Sequence record: NC_047995.1
Length of the DNA stretch: 64,000 nt
Direction: 5' to 3' (one strand)
Made by a program: the position numbers and the translations under genes. Each line of letters opens with the position of its first letter. Within the stretch, counting starts at the first letter, position 1. Of the stretch, positions 10,074-20,059 are shown in pieces. The notes beneath the pieces are model-generated. The model had not been told where the DNA came from and made no database searches. It saw nothing but the letters and a program-made list of their open reading frames with translations.

Positions 10074-10694
10074 TTAAAGAGAAGCAGTCATGAGTTCGAG
10101 TAGGTTTGATACCACATGCGCAGGACCAATCGAGATCCCTGTGTGCGCCTGTAGATGAATACGTTTGGTAAACAATTCAAGCGGGTCTGGACTACCGCCT
10201 GTCACTACGATGCGAGGTATCTTGGGGAACATCTCAAGGATATCTCGCAGCCGTTCAATCTTATAGCTGGTGCTGTCCAGTGTTACGTTGGTCAACACTA
10301 ACAACGATGGTCGCTTGCTTTTGAGTTGTTCATAGTCGAAGCGATCACCATACAGCGTTACCCAGCGTGGCTTTAATGCGGTTGTCTCTGAATCTTCAAC
10401 GGCAGCATTGAAGATAGACAGCGCAGCCATCTTTGCACGATAGTCCGAAGGGAAGCTACTGATTACCGTGATGCGAGGATCAGTTCCAAATGGATTATGA
10501 ATCATCCGAGCAAGGTGCGTAAGCTGTTTCGCTTTACCGACCACCTTGCCTTTGAAGTAAGGCGACATGGACTTGTAGTCCTGTGCGGCTTCTGCCACAT
10601 CAAACTGTTCGCGCTTACCGAATAATAGTTGTGGGTCAACGCCCAGCGTCTGCATCTGCTTTGCTACAGCAGGTTCAAAGTCAAATGTTAGCAC
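10074..10694 (-). CDS. Hypothetical protein, possibly a degenerate DnaC/IstB-like P-loop fold
   Basis: LLVLTNV...STSYKIERLRDILE...PRIVVT resembles the DnaC Walker B region, but no intact Walker A or B; GGAGG RBS. Confidence 0.45.
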   Translation of the reverse strand: MLTFDFEPAVAKQMQTLGVDPQLLFGKREQFDVAEAAQDYKSMSPYFKGKVVGKAKQLTHLARMIHNPFGTDPRITVISSFPSDYRAKMAALSIFNAAVEDSETTALKPRWVTLYGDRFDYEQLKSKRPSLLVLTNVTLDSTSYKIERLRDILEMFPKIPRIVVTGGSPDPLELFTKRIHLQAHTGISIGPAHVVSNLLELMTASL

Positions 10695-10714
10695 AATACC
10701 CTCCGTTGTTCATG

Positions 10715-11077
10715 TTAGGTATTTACAGATTCTGGAGAGCGCTGCCACACGACGAACTTGACGTTCAATACATGTTCCTCAAGCTCAGCCTCACGTCGTG
10801 GGTCATACCTAGGAGTGTACCAACGAAGACTGTCGGCTCGCTCTGGTTGATTGGGAGCGAATCGTTCAATAGGATTTGGTACTTGGCAATACTCATGGCT
10901 CTCAATAATGACGAGGTTATCGAGGTGGAGAACACCAGGAACATCAAACACTTTCGGCAACGCGCCAGGCGCGAACGCATTACCCAAGACTGTCTCATGG
11001 TACTCAACAAGCGCTTTAACTAACGCTCGGCCTGCACACAGAGATAGTGTGAGATTGTACTCGGTACGGAATTCCAT
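10715..11077 (-). CDS. Hypothetical protein (120 aa)
   Basis: GAGGAG RBS; fits the operon packing. Confidence 0.7.
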   Translation of the reverse strand: MEFRTEYNLTLSLCAGRALVKALVEYHETVLGNAFAPGALPKVFDVPGVLHLDNLVIIESHEYCQVPNPIERFAPNQPERADSLRWYTPRYDPRREAELEEHVLNVKFVVWQRSPESVNT

Positions 11078-11093
11078 GGTGTTCTCCTCAGTA

Positions 11094-11462
11094 TTACATC
11101 AGTGCCAGTTCTGGATCGATATACGTGTATTGCCACACGATATTCCAACCAGAGGCGGCATCTTTGTTTGGATGGATGCGATAGCCATAAAGCATGAACT
11201 TGCCTCTGGCGTCTTGGCCAAGAGTAGGTTCATATTCAAGCCACGCAGCTTCGAGCTTCAACTTCTCGGCAATATCTTTCGCCCAGCCGTCGAAGTCGTA
11301 GTCCACTGGCACTTCCCAGGACAGTGAATGCTTACGCCAGTGTTCGGCCTGCATGTCAGTGTCTTTGGAAATCCAGTCCAGATGGTCTACGCCCATGTGA
11401 TAAGAGATGGCGTGTGCATAGCCGTGCTCATTCATGTGGCGTTGTAACTGATCAAGACGCAT
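11094..11462 (-). CDS. Hypothetical protein (122 aa)
   Basis: Start moved to ATG 11462 (MRLDQLQ), which has an AAGGAG RBS. Confidence 0.7.
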   Translation of the reverse strand: MRLDQLQRHMNEHGYAHAISYHMGVDHLDWISKDTDMQAEHWRKHSLSWEVPVDYDFDGWAKDIAEKLKLEAAWLEYEPTLGQDARGKFMLYGYRIHPNKDAASGWNIVWQYTYIDPELALM

Positions 11463-11772
11463 TAGTTTGCTCCTTAAAGCGCGGGAATACTGTAACGCTA
11501 ATGCGCGTAGAATCTTTCTCGTACTCACGCTCATTGTGCGACACAAGCAGGACGTCAGTGACCTCCAGAGTGTTTCGAATGAGAATGAGTAACTGCCCAA
11601 CAACGGACAGCGGATGGATATAGTTGGAGACAGTCATATTGATCTCTGTTACCTGATCAGGATTGCCCACACTAACATCTCCATCCCATTCTTCTACGCG
11701 CATACACGCACGAACTGCCTCACTCTTTAGCAGGTCCATCTCAAGAGTGAAGGGTAAACGCTCTTTCATCAT
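11452..11772 (-). CDS. Hypothetical protein (106 aa)
   Basis: AAGGAG RBS; short overlap with the next gene. Confidence 0.7.
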   Translation of the reverse strand: MMKERLPFTLEMDLLKSEAVRACMRVEEWDGDVSVGNPDQVTEINMTVSNYIHPLSVVGQLLILIRNTLEVTDVLLVSHNEREYEKDSTRISVTVFPRFKEQTNAS

Positions 11773-11811
11773 AAACTCCTTATAGCCTGTTGAAAAGAGA
11801 CAGACTATAAA

Positions 11812-12288
11812 TTAGAGAGCGACACCTTTAAGGAACGTCCGCGCGAACTTAATAAAGATCTTCTGCTTCGCTTCGGGCAGCTTGCGATAGCGCTGGATAA
11901 TGTCTTCCAGCGAATCGTCTTCTACAGGGTTCGCCTCTGGGTCAGAGCCAACAACACCTTCTTCGCCTGCCTGCCAGTTGGCCTTAGTCACGGTCAGCAG
12001 GAAGGTACCGCGATGCTCGTCCACCGCACGATTGCCCGGACCGCCTACAGGACTGCGTACTTTGGTGTGGTCGATATCAGCAACACGCTGTACCGCAAAA
12101 CCATCAGGGAACTGCGCAAACACAGCGGACAGATCGATATCCGCTTTATTGTCAGGCGCAGGAGATTTGGCAACGAACTGCACACGGAACGTTTCACCAC
12201 CTTCAACATCGTACTGACCATCGAAGATGATATTGTCGTGCGCACGTAGCGTATCGGTAATGAGTTTGAAAATCGGATCGCTGAACAT
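11812..12288 (-). CDS. Hypothetical protein (158 aa)
   Basis: GAGGA RBS; tight packing. Confidence 0.7.
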   Translation of the reverse strand: MFSDPIFKLITDTLRAHDNIIFDGQYDVEGGETFRVQFVAKSPAPDNKADIDLSAVFAQFPDGFAVQRVADIDHTKVRSPVGGPGNRAVDEHRGTFLLTVTKANWQAGEEGVVGSDPEANPVEDDSLEDIIQRYRKLPEAKQKIFIKFARTFLKGVAL

Positions 12289-12289
12289 G

Positions 12290-12775
12290 TTATTTCCTCA
12301 GATAGTCCGCGAGCATAGTGATATGATTCTTGATCATATTCTTCTGCTCGTCAGTGAGTGAATTTAGTGGAGGCAAGTCAGGGAAGATGCCCTGCATAGC
12401 CAGATAAGTTGTCTGCATGTTGTTCTCAGGCACACCGCCTCTCTCCAGAACAACTCCACGGAACTTCCATCGCGCAGGCGCAGCAGGATGTGCAGGCTCA
12501 ACAGGTTCGATGCAATCACACGACACAAAACGTATCGTCTTACCGAGAGTCTTCATGAGTTCTGCTGGAATGTCAGCCTCGTACTCCAGATAGGTTGCAT
12601 CGACCGTGCTGGTGGCTGCGCCCTTGACGTGAGCCGTTACGGTGATATCAAGCCGAGCGGAGGCCACATCAAAAACAGCACGGTCAACAACATTGAAGCC
12701 AGCAGCGCGGAATGCCGAACGAAGTATATGTTCAAAATCGTTTCGACACTCACGAGCGCCAGTGAGTAAGTCCAT
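12290..12775 (-). CDS. Hypothetical protein (161 aa)
   Basis: Stop/start overlap with the helicase gene. Confidence 0.7.
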   Translation of the reverse strand: MDLLTGARECRNDFEHILRSAFRAAGFNVVDRAVFDVASARLDITVTAHVKGAATSTVDATYLEYEADIPAELMKTLGKTIRFVSCDCIEPVEPAHPAAPARWKFRGVVLERGGVPENNMQTTYLAMQGIFPDLPPLNSLTDEQKNMIKNHITMLADYLRK

Positions 12776-14376
12776 TAGAATCTCCTCATGCCTAAGTTAG
12801 ACGGCTGACCTTTCACACGCGCTTCTGGTTCAAAGAAGTCAGGCAGTTCTCCATCGAGCGCTTCTTCTCTCGACACGACTCCCATCCAGTCACGCAGTTT
12901 CTTCGGAGTACGCTTCGCTTTCGCGTAACCAAACTTCCAGCACATCTTGAGAACGGAACGAGCACACTGCATTGAGCGGTCCATCTTCTGATCGATGAAC
13001 ATGCGAATGACTGGAGTGCGCTTACCTTCCATTGGCGTCAGAATACGACACGACTCCTGTTTCCAGTTCGGCTCGTTATTCATCGGCATGATGTAGTACA
13101 ACGTGTCCCACTTCGGAACGTTCAGGCCGCGCTGCATCAGCTTACGCATACCGACGACGCAACGAATCTTACCTTCACGCGCTGCATCAATGATTGGCTT
13201 ACGTCGCTTCGCCTCTTTCGCACCACCGAGGAACACTGCCGCAACTTCTTCCATGTAATGCTCATTGATACGCTGCACAAGCCGTCGCGCCTGATCAGTG
13301 AACATGATTGGAATTGCGATACTTCGCCCTGCATCGAGGTCTCTGATAACCCACTCAAAGATTTTGTCGTTACGATCAGGATGGTTAGCGAGGAACTTAC
13401 AGAAACGAACCCAGCCTGCTTTCCCGTTGTACTGCGCACGGGTCTGCACCCTAGTCGAGGTCTTATGCAGAGTTACTTTCGGCACAAGCTCTTCCACGAA
13501 CGCTTCTGCAATCACAGGCCCGAAGATTGATTCAATCAGGTAGTGACGTCCGTCTTTACGCTTAGGCGTTGCAGTTAGACCGAAACGATACTTCATCTTG
13601 AGAGAGGCCAGTGTGCGACTGTAGCAGCTCGCGTTACCAGCATGACATTCATCGACGAACAACGTACCGTAGTTTTCGTTCAACAACTTGAGGCGCTTCT
13701 TCGAGTTCTTACTGTCCGAGATAAGCGACTGGTAAGTAACGAGGATGATCTGGAAGTTCTTGTAGTCGTCGAGAGTCTTCGGGAAGCCATACAGCTTCTT
13801 ACCGTGCTTCTCTTCCAACTCAGGCAGGTTCGTCATCTGCTCGATAGTCTCAAGGAAACCGTCGAGGAAGTCTTTCTGGTCAGCCATAATGACTGTACGG
13901 AATCCAGAGTGACACGCACCAGCAGTACCGATAACTGTCTTACCAGAACGAGGCGGTGCTTTGAACACACCACACAGTTCACCGAACATCTTCTCGAACG
14001 GCTCTTCCTGATAGTCACGCAGCTTGCCAGTGAACTTCACTTTATAGTCATACGGTACGCGACTTGTACCGTTGACGAACTTCACTTCTTTCAGGCTTAA
14101 CCCTGCTGTACGTTCGAAGCGGTGCATCTCGCCGTAAGGAATCGAAACGTAACGCTTACCCTTAATGTCAGAGTATTTGGCCAGCACGGTTATATCAACC
14201 AGTCCACCCTTAGAACATTGACGGCATTCTTCGGACGGACGTATAGAACGAAACTCACAGTTCTTACAAGCGGCGTTGTCGAACTCGTAGTGAGTCATCT
14301 TCTTGATGATGTTGTCAGCGTCTACATGCTTAACGGGAATATGCAGACGGCTATCGACCAATACTTTGGCAGTCAC
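12775..14376 (-). CDS. uvsW: SF2 DEAD/H-box DNA helicase, UvsW-like
   Basis: LRDYQ Q-motif, APPRSGKT Walker A, DECH, GLTATPKRKDG, RGLNVP; N-terminal CxxC..CxxC. Confidence 0.85.
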   Translation of the reverse strand: MTAKVLVDSRLHIPVKHVDADNIIKKMTHYEFDNAACKNCEFRSIRPSEECRQCSKGGLVDITVLAKYSDIKGKRYVSIPYGEMHRFERTAGLSLKEVKFVNGTSRVPYDYKVKFTGKLRDYQEEPFEKMFGELCGVFKAPPRSGKTVIGTAGACHSGFRTVIMADQKDFLDGFLETIEQMTNLPELEEKHGKKLYGFPKTLDDYKNFQIILVTYQSLISDSKNSKKRLKLLNENYGTLFVDECHAGNASCYSRTLASLKMKYRFGLTATPKRKDGRHYLIESIFGPVIAEAFVEELVPKVTLHKTSTRVQTRAQYNGKAGWVRFCKFLANHPDRNDKIFEWVIRDLDAGRSIAIPIMFTDQARRLVQRINEHYMEEVAAVFLGGAKEAKRRKPIIDAAREGKIRCVVGMRKLMQRGLNVPKWDTLYYIMPMNNEPNWKQESCRILTPMEGKRTPVIRMFIDQKMDRSMQCARSVLKMCWKFGYAKAKRTPKKLRDWMGVVSREEALDGELPDFFEPEARVKGQPSNLGMRRF

Positions 14377-14378
14377 AT

Positions 14379-14930
14379 CTATTTCCTTGAGTTCGGCAGT
14401 CCGTACTCACGCTGATTAATCAGGTTCATCACATCGACCAGAGCGCGATAAGCAAACCCACACTTGTCGATATCCTTGATGTACAGGTCAAGCTCTTCCT
14501 TGAGCAGGTCCAGACTATCAGCGTAACGGTAATACTCCGCCATAATGTTTCTGACACAACGCTCACGCTCTTTGGCGGCGCCGACGGCTTTCAGATCTTT
14601 CTGGTACGTCACCGAGGCGTAATCCTGAAAACGCTCCAACATGTCATTTAACAGTTTTGAGGCTGCGTTAACATGCGTCAGGATCTCAGTCATACGGCTT
14701 CGATAAGACTGATCTTGAATTATCGACTCAGCCACCTTGTTGAGTGCGTTAGGGTCACCAGTCACATTCAGCGTTCTGACCTTGCGCATCTTAAACAACT
14801 TACGCGCTTCGTCCTGATACTCTGCGAGAGGCATCTGGAACAGGTCATTGGTCTTGTAGATATCGCGCAACTTCTTGTAGCGCTTATCCTCTTTGACCTT
14901 TATTCGAATACGTTTTAGGTCATCCATCAA
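14379..14930 (-). CDS. Helical hypothetical protein, possibly a UvsY-like recombination mediator
   Basis: All-helical and next to the UvsW-like gene; C-terminal IKDIDKCGFAYRALVD loosely recalls UvsY. Confidence 0.35.
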   Translation of the reverse strand: MMDDLKRIRIKVKEDKRYKKLRDIYKTNDLFQMPLAEYQDEARKLFKMRKVRTLNVTGDPNALNKVAESIIQDQSYRSRMTEILTHVNAASKLLNDMLERFQDYASVTYQKDLKAVGAAKERERCVRNIMAEYYRYADSLDLLKEELDLYIKDIDKCGFAYRALVDVMNLINQREYGLPNSRK

Positions 14931-15361
14931 TCACCTCTGTCCGTTACGAGTAGAGGACTGTCTGGTGTCTTGTGAGGCATAGCGAAGAAGCTACCATGCT
15001 CGTCACGATAAATCAACAGACCCCCAGACGGCCCCTCGATCGGGCATGTGAAGTTAAAGAGTTTTTCAAGTGGAGGAGCGTAGCCCACAGACACATCGTT
15101 AAACGTGCACCACTTGGCAGACACTTCGAGCAATGAACCTACGACTGTATCAGCAAGACGTAGGTAAGACTGGCGGAAGTGGTAACTATGTTCGATAGGA
15201 GCAACGCTATCAATCGTTAACTCGTCTCCGTACACAGCTTTATAAATTAGGCAAAAGCGGCGGCGACCACGCGGTGCATTCGGTATTTCATACAGTACAT
15301 CGTGTATGAGAGATGAAACGTCCCCAATGAGGACGTTCTTCTTGACGATCAAATTGATCAT
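14927..15361 (-). CDS. Hypothetical protein (144 aa)
   Basis: ATGA overlaps at both ends. Confidence 0.65.
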   Translation of the reverse strand: MINLIVKKNVLIGDVSSLIHDVLYEIPNAPRGRRRFCLIYKAVYGDELTIDSVAPIEHSYHFRQSYLRLADTVVGSLLEVSAKWCTFNDVSVGYAPPLEKLFNFTCPIEGPSGGLLIYRDEHGSFFAMPHKTPDSPLLVTDRGD

Positions 15362-16536
15362 GCAGGCAGGTAACCGAAATACAACAGCGTGTGCGTGTCG
15401 AACTTATAGTTCAGGCTGAACGCATTCAATGAGTTTATGCTGCTGCCGTGGAAGCCCATGTTGTGGCGTTCCTCACGACCGATGTTACGCAGCAACTCAC
15501 GAATGATACGCATATCGAGAGAGGTAGTGAACTCCTTCTCAATCGGCTTCGCCAGTTTCAGGCTGTCCTGTACGCTACCGCTATCGTTACCAAACTTGAG
15601 TCGGAACTCTTGTTTCTTCACGTGGAGCTTCGCGTTCGTGTTGCCTTTCTTCTCAATCAACGTCGAGATGTTGGCGAACGGTGCAGACAGGTCACCCTTG
15701 ATCACGCAACCCAGAATAGGTTTGCCGAGCTGTGCAATCATGTTGTCCATGTAGCGATAGTCTTCATCGCTGGCCTGAATTGGAGGCAGAGTCAGTACGA
15801 ACGATTCGGCTTCGGCAGCAAACGATGTGCTGTCAACGTGGAACGTCACCTTCTCTTCACCGCAGAAACGATAAACAAGGTCGAACATCTCACCTGTCAT
15901 GCTGAAACGGAACGCAGGCACTTTCTTCTTCAACTCGAAACGATAACGAGATGAAGTCCAGTGACCCGGACTGACAAGGCTCAGGCTCTTACCGTCGCAG
16001 ATAACACGACACATAACAGTCTGACCAGTGATGGTATCTTTCAGTCGAGTCAGCTTAACGCCTTGAGTCATCGCGTCGATTACTTCACGCGTCATCTCAT
16101 GGCCACCTTCAATGTGGTGATGCAGACCCTGTTCAACCATCGGGATTTGCTCGGCAGATACTGGACGCAGTTTCACTTCTGCTTTGTACTTGCCTTTCTG
16201 CTCGCTGATGTTCAACGTCTTACCGTCAAACACAACGTCCAGTTCTTTGCGCTTGTTAATCAAGCCTGTCAACTGAATAGGATCGATGTTCATGATCGTA
16301 TCTTCGTCGGCAGTTGCGCCCGGCACCAGATACGCAACGAAGGTATCAGGCGTACGGCCCAGCACGAACACGTCAGACTTGTACGTTACCAGCAAGTGGA
16401 TATGCGTCAACTTATCGTCCGACTCAGAGAAGCGTGTCACAAGGTCAACACGTTTCAGAATGTCCGACAGGAACGTACCATTCAATGTCAGATTGCACTT
16501 CTTAGCGGGATTCTTCGGCAGTCGGCAAGTCTTCAT
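15358..16536 (-). CDS. dnaN: DNA sliding clamp, bacterial beta-clamp (DnaN)-like
   Basis: 392 aa, about three repeated alpha/beta domains; ELDVVFDGKTLNISEQKGKYKAEVKLRPVSAEQIP matches the DnaN domain I end; next to the polymerase. Confidence 0.65.
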   Translation of the reverse strand: MKTCRLPKNPAKKCNLTLNGTFLSDILKRVDLVTRFSESDDKLTHIHLLVTYKSDVFVLGRTPDTFVAYLVPGATADEDTIMNIDPIQLTGLINKRKELDVVFDGKTLNISEQKGKYKAEVKLRPVSAEQIPMVEQGLHHHIEGGHEMTREVIDAMTQGVKLTRLKDTITGQTVMCRVICDGKSLSLVSPGHWTSSRYRFELKKKVPAFRFSMTGEMFDLVYRFCGEEKVTFHVDSTSFAAEAESFVLTLPPIQASDEDYRYMDNMIAQLGKPILGCVIKGDLSAPFANISTLIEKKGNTNAKLHVKKQEFRLKFGNDSGSVQDSLKLAKPIEKEFTTSLDMRIIRELLRNIGREERHNMGFHGSSINSLNAFSLNYKFDTHTLLYFGYLPA

Positions 16537-16798
16537 CTCTATCCTCTAAAACAAATTGTAGTGTGCCCTGTATATTTACAGCTTCAAGGCGCTTACCTGT
16601 TGGCATTAACAGACCGTTCAACAGGCCAACGAAGTCAGCGCTGTGGCAGTCTGGAGCGATCTGGTGGACGTAGATATCGTCAGGAACATCCTGAGGATTA
16701 AGCTGCCAAGATGTTCTCAAGGCAGCACCCATGAATGCAGGACGCTCGACCAGATGCCTGTTCAGAAACGAACAAATATCTTCGGCGCTTAACGTCAT
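16502..16798 (-). CDS. Hypothetical protein (98 aa)
   Basis: ATGA overlap with the polymerase stop; overlaps the clamp start by 35 nt. Confidence 0.55.
   Translation of the reverse strand: MTLSAEDICSFLNRHLVERPAFMGAALRTSWQLNPQDVPDDIYVHQIAPDCHSADFVGLLNGLLMPTGKRLEAVNIQGTLQFVLEDRDEDLPTAEESR
16573..16581 (-). promoter_or_regulatory. Class A motif CTGTAAATA upstream of the clamp
   Basis: 37 nt upstream of the ATG. Confidence 0.55.
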
Positions 16799-19700
16799 TT
16801 CTTACCAATCCCCTTGAGTGCGTTCTTGAGCATTGACTTACTGATTTTGATTTTCTTCGGAGCACCATCACCGGCAGCAGCGGCAGCCTTCTTAGCGGCT
16901 TCTTCTGCTTTATATTTCTCAAAGGTCTTGGTGTTCTTCGGAAGTTCAGCCAGCCATTCTTCGACGTTCTTCTTGTCTTTGTTGGTGAGAGGATTGACTT
17001 TGTCCATCGAGCGAATCTTAATGCTGTTGGCCCAAAGCTGTTTCTTCATCCAATCGGACATGAGGTGATACTGGTCTTCCATGATGCTGTCAACAGTCTT
17101 GTCAACATCAAGGTCCTTCTCACCAAGTTCATCGCGCTTGATCATCAGGCCGTCACGAACGAGTTTACGGAGCTGAACATACGAGAAGTTCCAGCCCTGC
17201 ACATCTTTCTCTGACGCGCCAATTTCAAAGTCAATCTCAGGCACGGACGTGAACTCAAACCCTTCATGACGCTTCTGCACAACTTCGACCACTGCGCTGG
17301 TCATCGCACGTTCGATCATATCGAGCGCAAGGAAGATCCATTTGTAATCGCAGTCTACGGTCAAGGAGTCGTGTACCGATACGTTCATGTCGAAGTCAGG
17401 ATAGTCACCGTTAGCTTTCCAGTATTCATACTTCATGCGGTCCAGAATACGAATCGCGGACATCATCAAGTCAGAACCGAAGCCCTGCACTGGACTGTTT
17501 ACTGCACGACGGTCACAGGCTGCGTGAACCATGTTAGCTTCACGATGCGACTCAGGCAGCATTAAGCCCCAGAGGTGACGACGACGACCGACAGGCGATT
17601 CAACAAAGAAGTTCTCGTGTGCAAACTTCTTGATCTTGTCGAACCATTTTAAGCCAACAGGGAAACGTGTTAAGAACTTGCCTTTGATTTCTGCAATCTC
17701 TTTCACGTCACGACCAGTAGACTTCGCAAGACCTTTATCACCCTGCTGGTAAATCAAGCCGAAGATAACTGTCTTAACCGCGTTACGTACGGACTTGGTT
17801 ACGTCCATTACGTTTGGAATACCGAAGAAGTATGCGGCGTTGATTTTGTGAACGTCACCCTCTGCTTCGACGCGGTGTTCGATCCACGGGTCAGGTACGG
17901 TACGGAAACGATGACGCAACTTACGGCCTTGCTCGAATACGTCTGCAACGCCCTGGTCACCAGAGATGATCGACCAGCCCCTTACTTCGTGGGCTGAGTA
18001 GTCGACCTTGATTAGTAAACGGTTCTTACGTGCAATCAAGATACGCTTGATCAGTTTACCCATCTCACTACGACTCGGTACCTGTTGCAAGTTCGGGTCA
18101 GACGCTGAGGTACGACCCGTTACAACTCCAAGATAACCATACGTAGGTCGGATTGACCTGTCGTGCTTGAAGTCTTCCGATTCGCCCCAGAGCTTGAGCA
18201 GGCTGTTAACGTAGGCGTTCTTGAGCTTGTAGGCTTTTCCGAGTTTTGAGTAGAGAGCCACAAGCGGTATATCTGCATACGCCGCCTGGAAGTCCTTGTC
18301 CAGCTTGCCTGTCTTCTTACCGTTCTCACGTAGCTGTTCCCCTTCTTTCAGAGGCTTGAGTTTCATCACATCGAAGAACAGGATTTGCTTATGCTCTGAC
18401 TTCGACATATCAAACTTAGTCACCTCGACTTTGCCCATAAGACCCATCTTAGGAACATTGTCGTCTTGGCAAATCAGTTTGTTCGCAGCCTTAACCTCAG
18501 GGCTGTTCATGAACTCACGCTCTACGTTTCGAATCTCCTCGTTGATTGGAGAGTTCGGCAGGTTGAGCTTAAACAGGTAGTCGATATCAGCACCAGCGCC
18601 AGTCGTCTCCAGAATCGAGAACGCATGAATCTGGTCGGAGATTTGCTCACTGACCATAGACTCATACTTGGCGTACTTGATATCGTTCGCACGAAGCATC
18701 TGCTTCTCGGCGATACGGAACGGCACGATAACGTCGAGGCCTGCGTATTCCTGAACACTCTCGTCCAAGTCAACGTCTGCAATCGTCGCTCGCATCTCTT
18801 TACCAAACGATACTTCATGGTACACCTGACAGCCGTACTGCATTGTCAGGTTCGCTAAGTTGTAGTAACCAGCACCAGTAACGTTGAGCAATGACTTCGC
18901 GTTTTCATCGTTCGCAAACTCACCCGCCTGAATATCCCAGACGTTCGCTGCATAACTACGAATGCCAAAGTTAGAACGCATTACGTTCAGGTCGAACTTC
19001 GCGTTGGTGTAGATCTGATACTTGTTGGAGTTATCCTCGAAGTAGTCTTTCAGCATCTCACTTACGCGGCGCAGTTCCTTCGGCGTGAACGGACTGTCAC
19101 GGTGATAGATTGGAATGACATACGCTTTCTGACCGTCAGAGGATAACTGCACCGTCAAGATTTTATTCTTGATACGATTCAGGTTCTCTGTTTCGGTATC
19201 GACTGCAACCTTCTTGGCGCGCTTCATACGCTTCAAGATTTTCTCAAGTTGCTTGACCTTCGTTACATACACCAGGTCCCAGTTACGCTTCTTACCGCAC
19301 GTAACCTCGTCGATCTTATAGCGCATCCCTTTGTTCAGCCAAGGCAACATCCAACGCGCCATGTAGCCGAGAGTGTACGATGAACCAGCAATGTGCATTG
19401 GGTTCAGCACGGTGTGATAGCTCACGTTCGGCAGATGGATGAAGCTATGCTTCTTACCCTCAAACTTAACCTTCGTGGGAATCTCTACGCCATACCAATG
19501 CTCATAGTGGTCTTTCGAGAACTGAATCTTCTCGTTGTTCAGTGCCTTGAACGGAGCCTTACCGAATGTCAGGACGTAATCAGGTTTGTAGTCTACAATG
19601 ATTTCACGAATACGTGCGGCGAATGCAACGTCTGCGTCCTCTTTGAACTGCTCACCTTTCTCATACGTCTTGAACATGTTGTATGAGACAACAAGGAAGC

Positions 19701-19965
19701 TCCAATCGTCGAGCGTTGTCTTGACCGGAAACGTATCTTCAAGATACTGCATCTGGTTCAGGAACAACTCACCTTCGGTCGAGGTAAAGATCTTACCGTT
19801 ACGTAGGTCTTCGGATGGCATGTGATCAAGGACGAGTAGTGCTTTGCCGCCTTTAGCGCTTTTACTTACGCTTTTTAAAAGTCGCACACCGTCGTAGGTC
19901 TGCATGTCTGCAAACTGCTCCGGCGGGTCGAAGTCGAGAGCTATAAACTTTGGTTTGTTCACCAT
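16795..19965 (-). CDS. polA: Family A DNA polymerase: N-terminal UDG-like domain, 3'-5' exonuclease, polymerase
   Basis: Exo motifs VAVDTET, NAKFDL, YAGLD. Pol motifs TGRTSASDPNLQQVP, DYSAHEVR, AVKTVIFGLIY, NSPVQG, VHDS. N-terminal YKPDYVLTFGKAPFKAL resembles the UDG fold. Confidence 0.95.
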   Translation of the reverse strand: MVNKPKFIALDFDPPEQFADMQTYDGVRLLKSVSKSAKGGKALLVLDHMPSEDLRNGKIFTSTEGELFLNQMQYLEDTFPVKTTLDDWSFLVVSYNMFKTYEKGEQFKEDADVAFAARIREIIVDYKPDYVLTFGKAPFKALNNEKIQFSKDHYEHWYGVEIPTKVKFEGKKHSFIHLPNVSYHTVLNPMHIAGSSYTLGYMARWMLPWLNKGMRYKIDEVTCGKKRNWDLVYVTKVKQLEKILKRMKRAKKVAVDTETENLNRIKNKILTVQLSSDGQKAYVIPIYHRDSPFTPKELRRVSEMLKDYFEDNSNKYQIYTNAKFDLNVMRSNFGIRSYAANVWDIQAGEFANDENAKSLLNVTGAGYYNLANLTMQYGCQVYHEVSFGKEMRATIADVDLDESVQEYAGLDVIVPFRIAEKQMLRANDIKYAKYESMVSEQISDQIHAFSILETTGAGADIDYLFKLNLPNSPINEEIRNVEREFMNSPEVKAANKLICQDDNVPKMGLMGKVEVTKFDMSKSEHKQILFFDVMKLKPLKEGEQLRENGKKTGKLDKDFQAAYADIPLVALYSKLGKAYKLKNAYVNSLLKLWGESEDFKHDRSIRPTYGYLGVVTGRTSASDPNLQQVPSRSEMGKLIKRILIARKNRLLIKVDYSAHEVRGWSIISGDQGVADVFEQGRKLRHRFRTVPDPWIEHRVEAEGDVHKINAAYFFGIPNVMDVTKSVRNAVKTVIFGLIYQQGDKGLAKSTGRDVKEIAEIKGKFLTRFPVGLKWFDKIKKFAHENFFVESPVGRRRHLWGLMLPESHREANMVHAACDRRAVNSPVQGFGSDLMMSAIRILDRMKYEYWKANGDYPDFDMNVSVHDSLTVDCDYKWIFLALDMIERAMTSAVVEVVQKRHEGFEFTSVPEIDFEIGASEKDVQGWNFSYVQLRKLVRDGLMIKRDELGEKDLDVDKTVDSIMEDQYHLMSDWMKKQLWANSIKIRSMDKVNPLTNKDKKNVEEWLAELPKNTKTFEKYKAEEAAKKAAAAAGDGAPKKIKISKSMLKNALKGIGKK

Positions 19966-20004
19966 CTAGTCCTATCAAAGTGTGTATCACAATATGATGG
20001 CTGT

Positions 20005-20013
20005 TATTTACAG
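20005..20013 (-). promoter_or_regulatory. Class A promoter-like motif CTGTAAATA upstream of the DNA polymerase
   Basis: Same 9-mer 23-40 nt upstream of several replication genes. Confidence 0.6.
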
Positions 20014-20024
20014 ATTTAGAAATG

Positions 20025-20049
20025 AAAAAGGGCACCCGAAGGCACCCTC
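20025..20049 (-). terminator. Rho-independent terminator, UUCG loop
   Basis: Minus strand GAGGGTGCC-TTCG-GGTGCCCTTTTT. Confidence 0.85.
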
Positions 20050-20059
20050 TTGGATTAAA

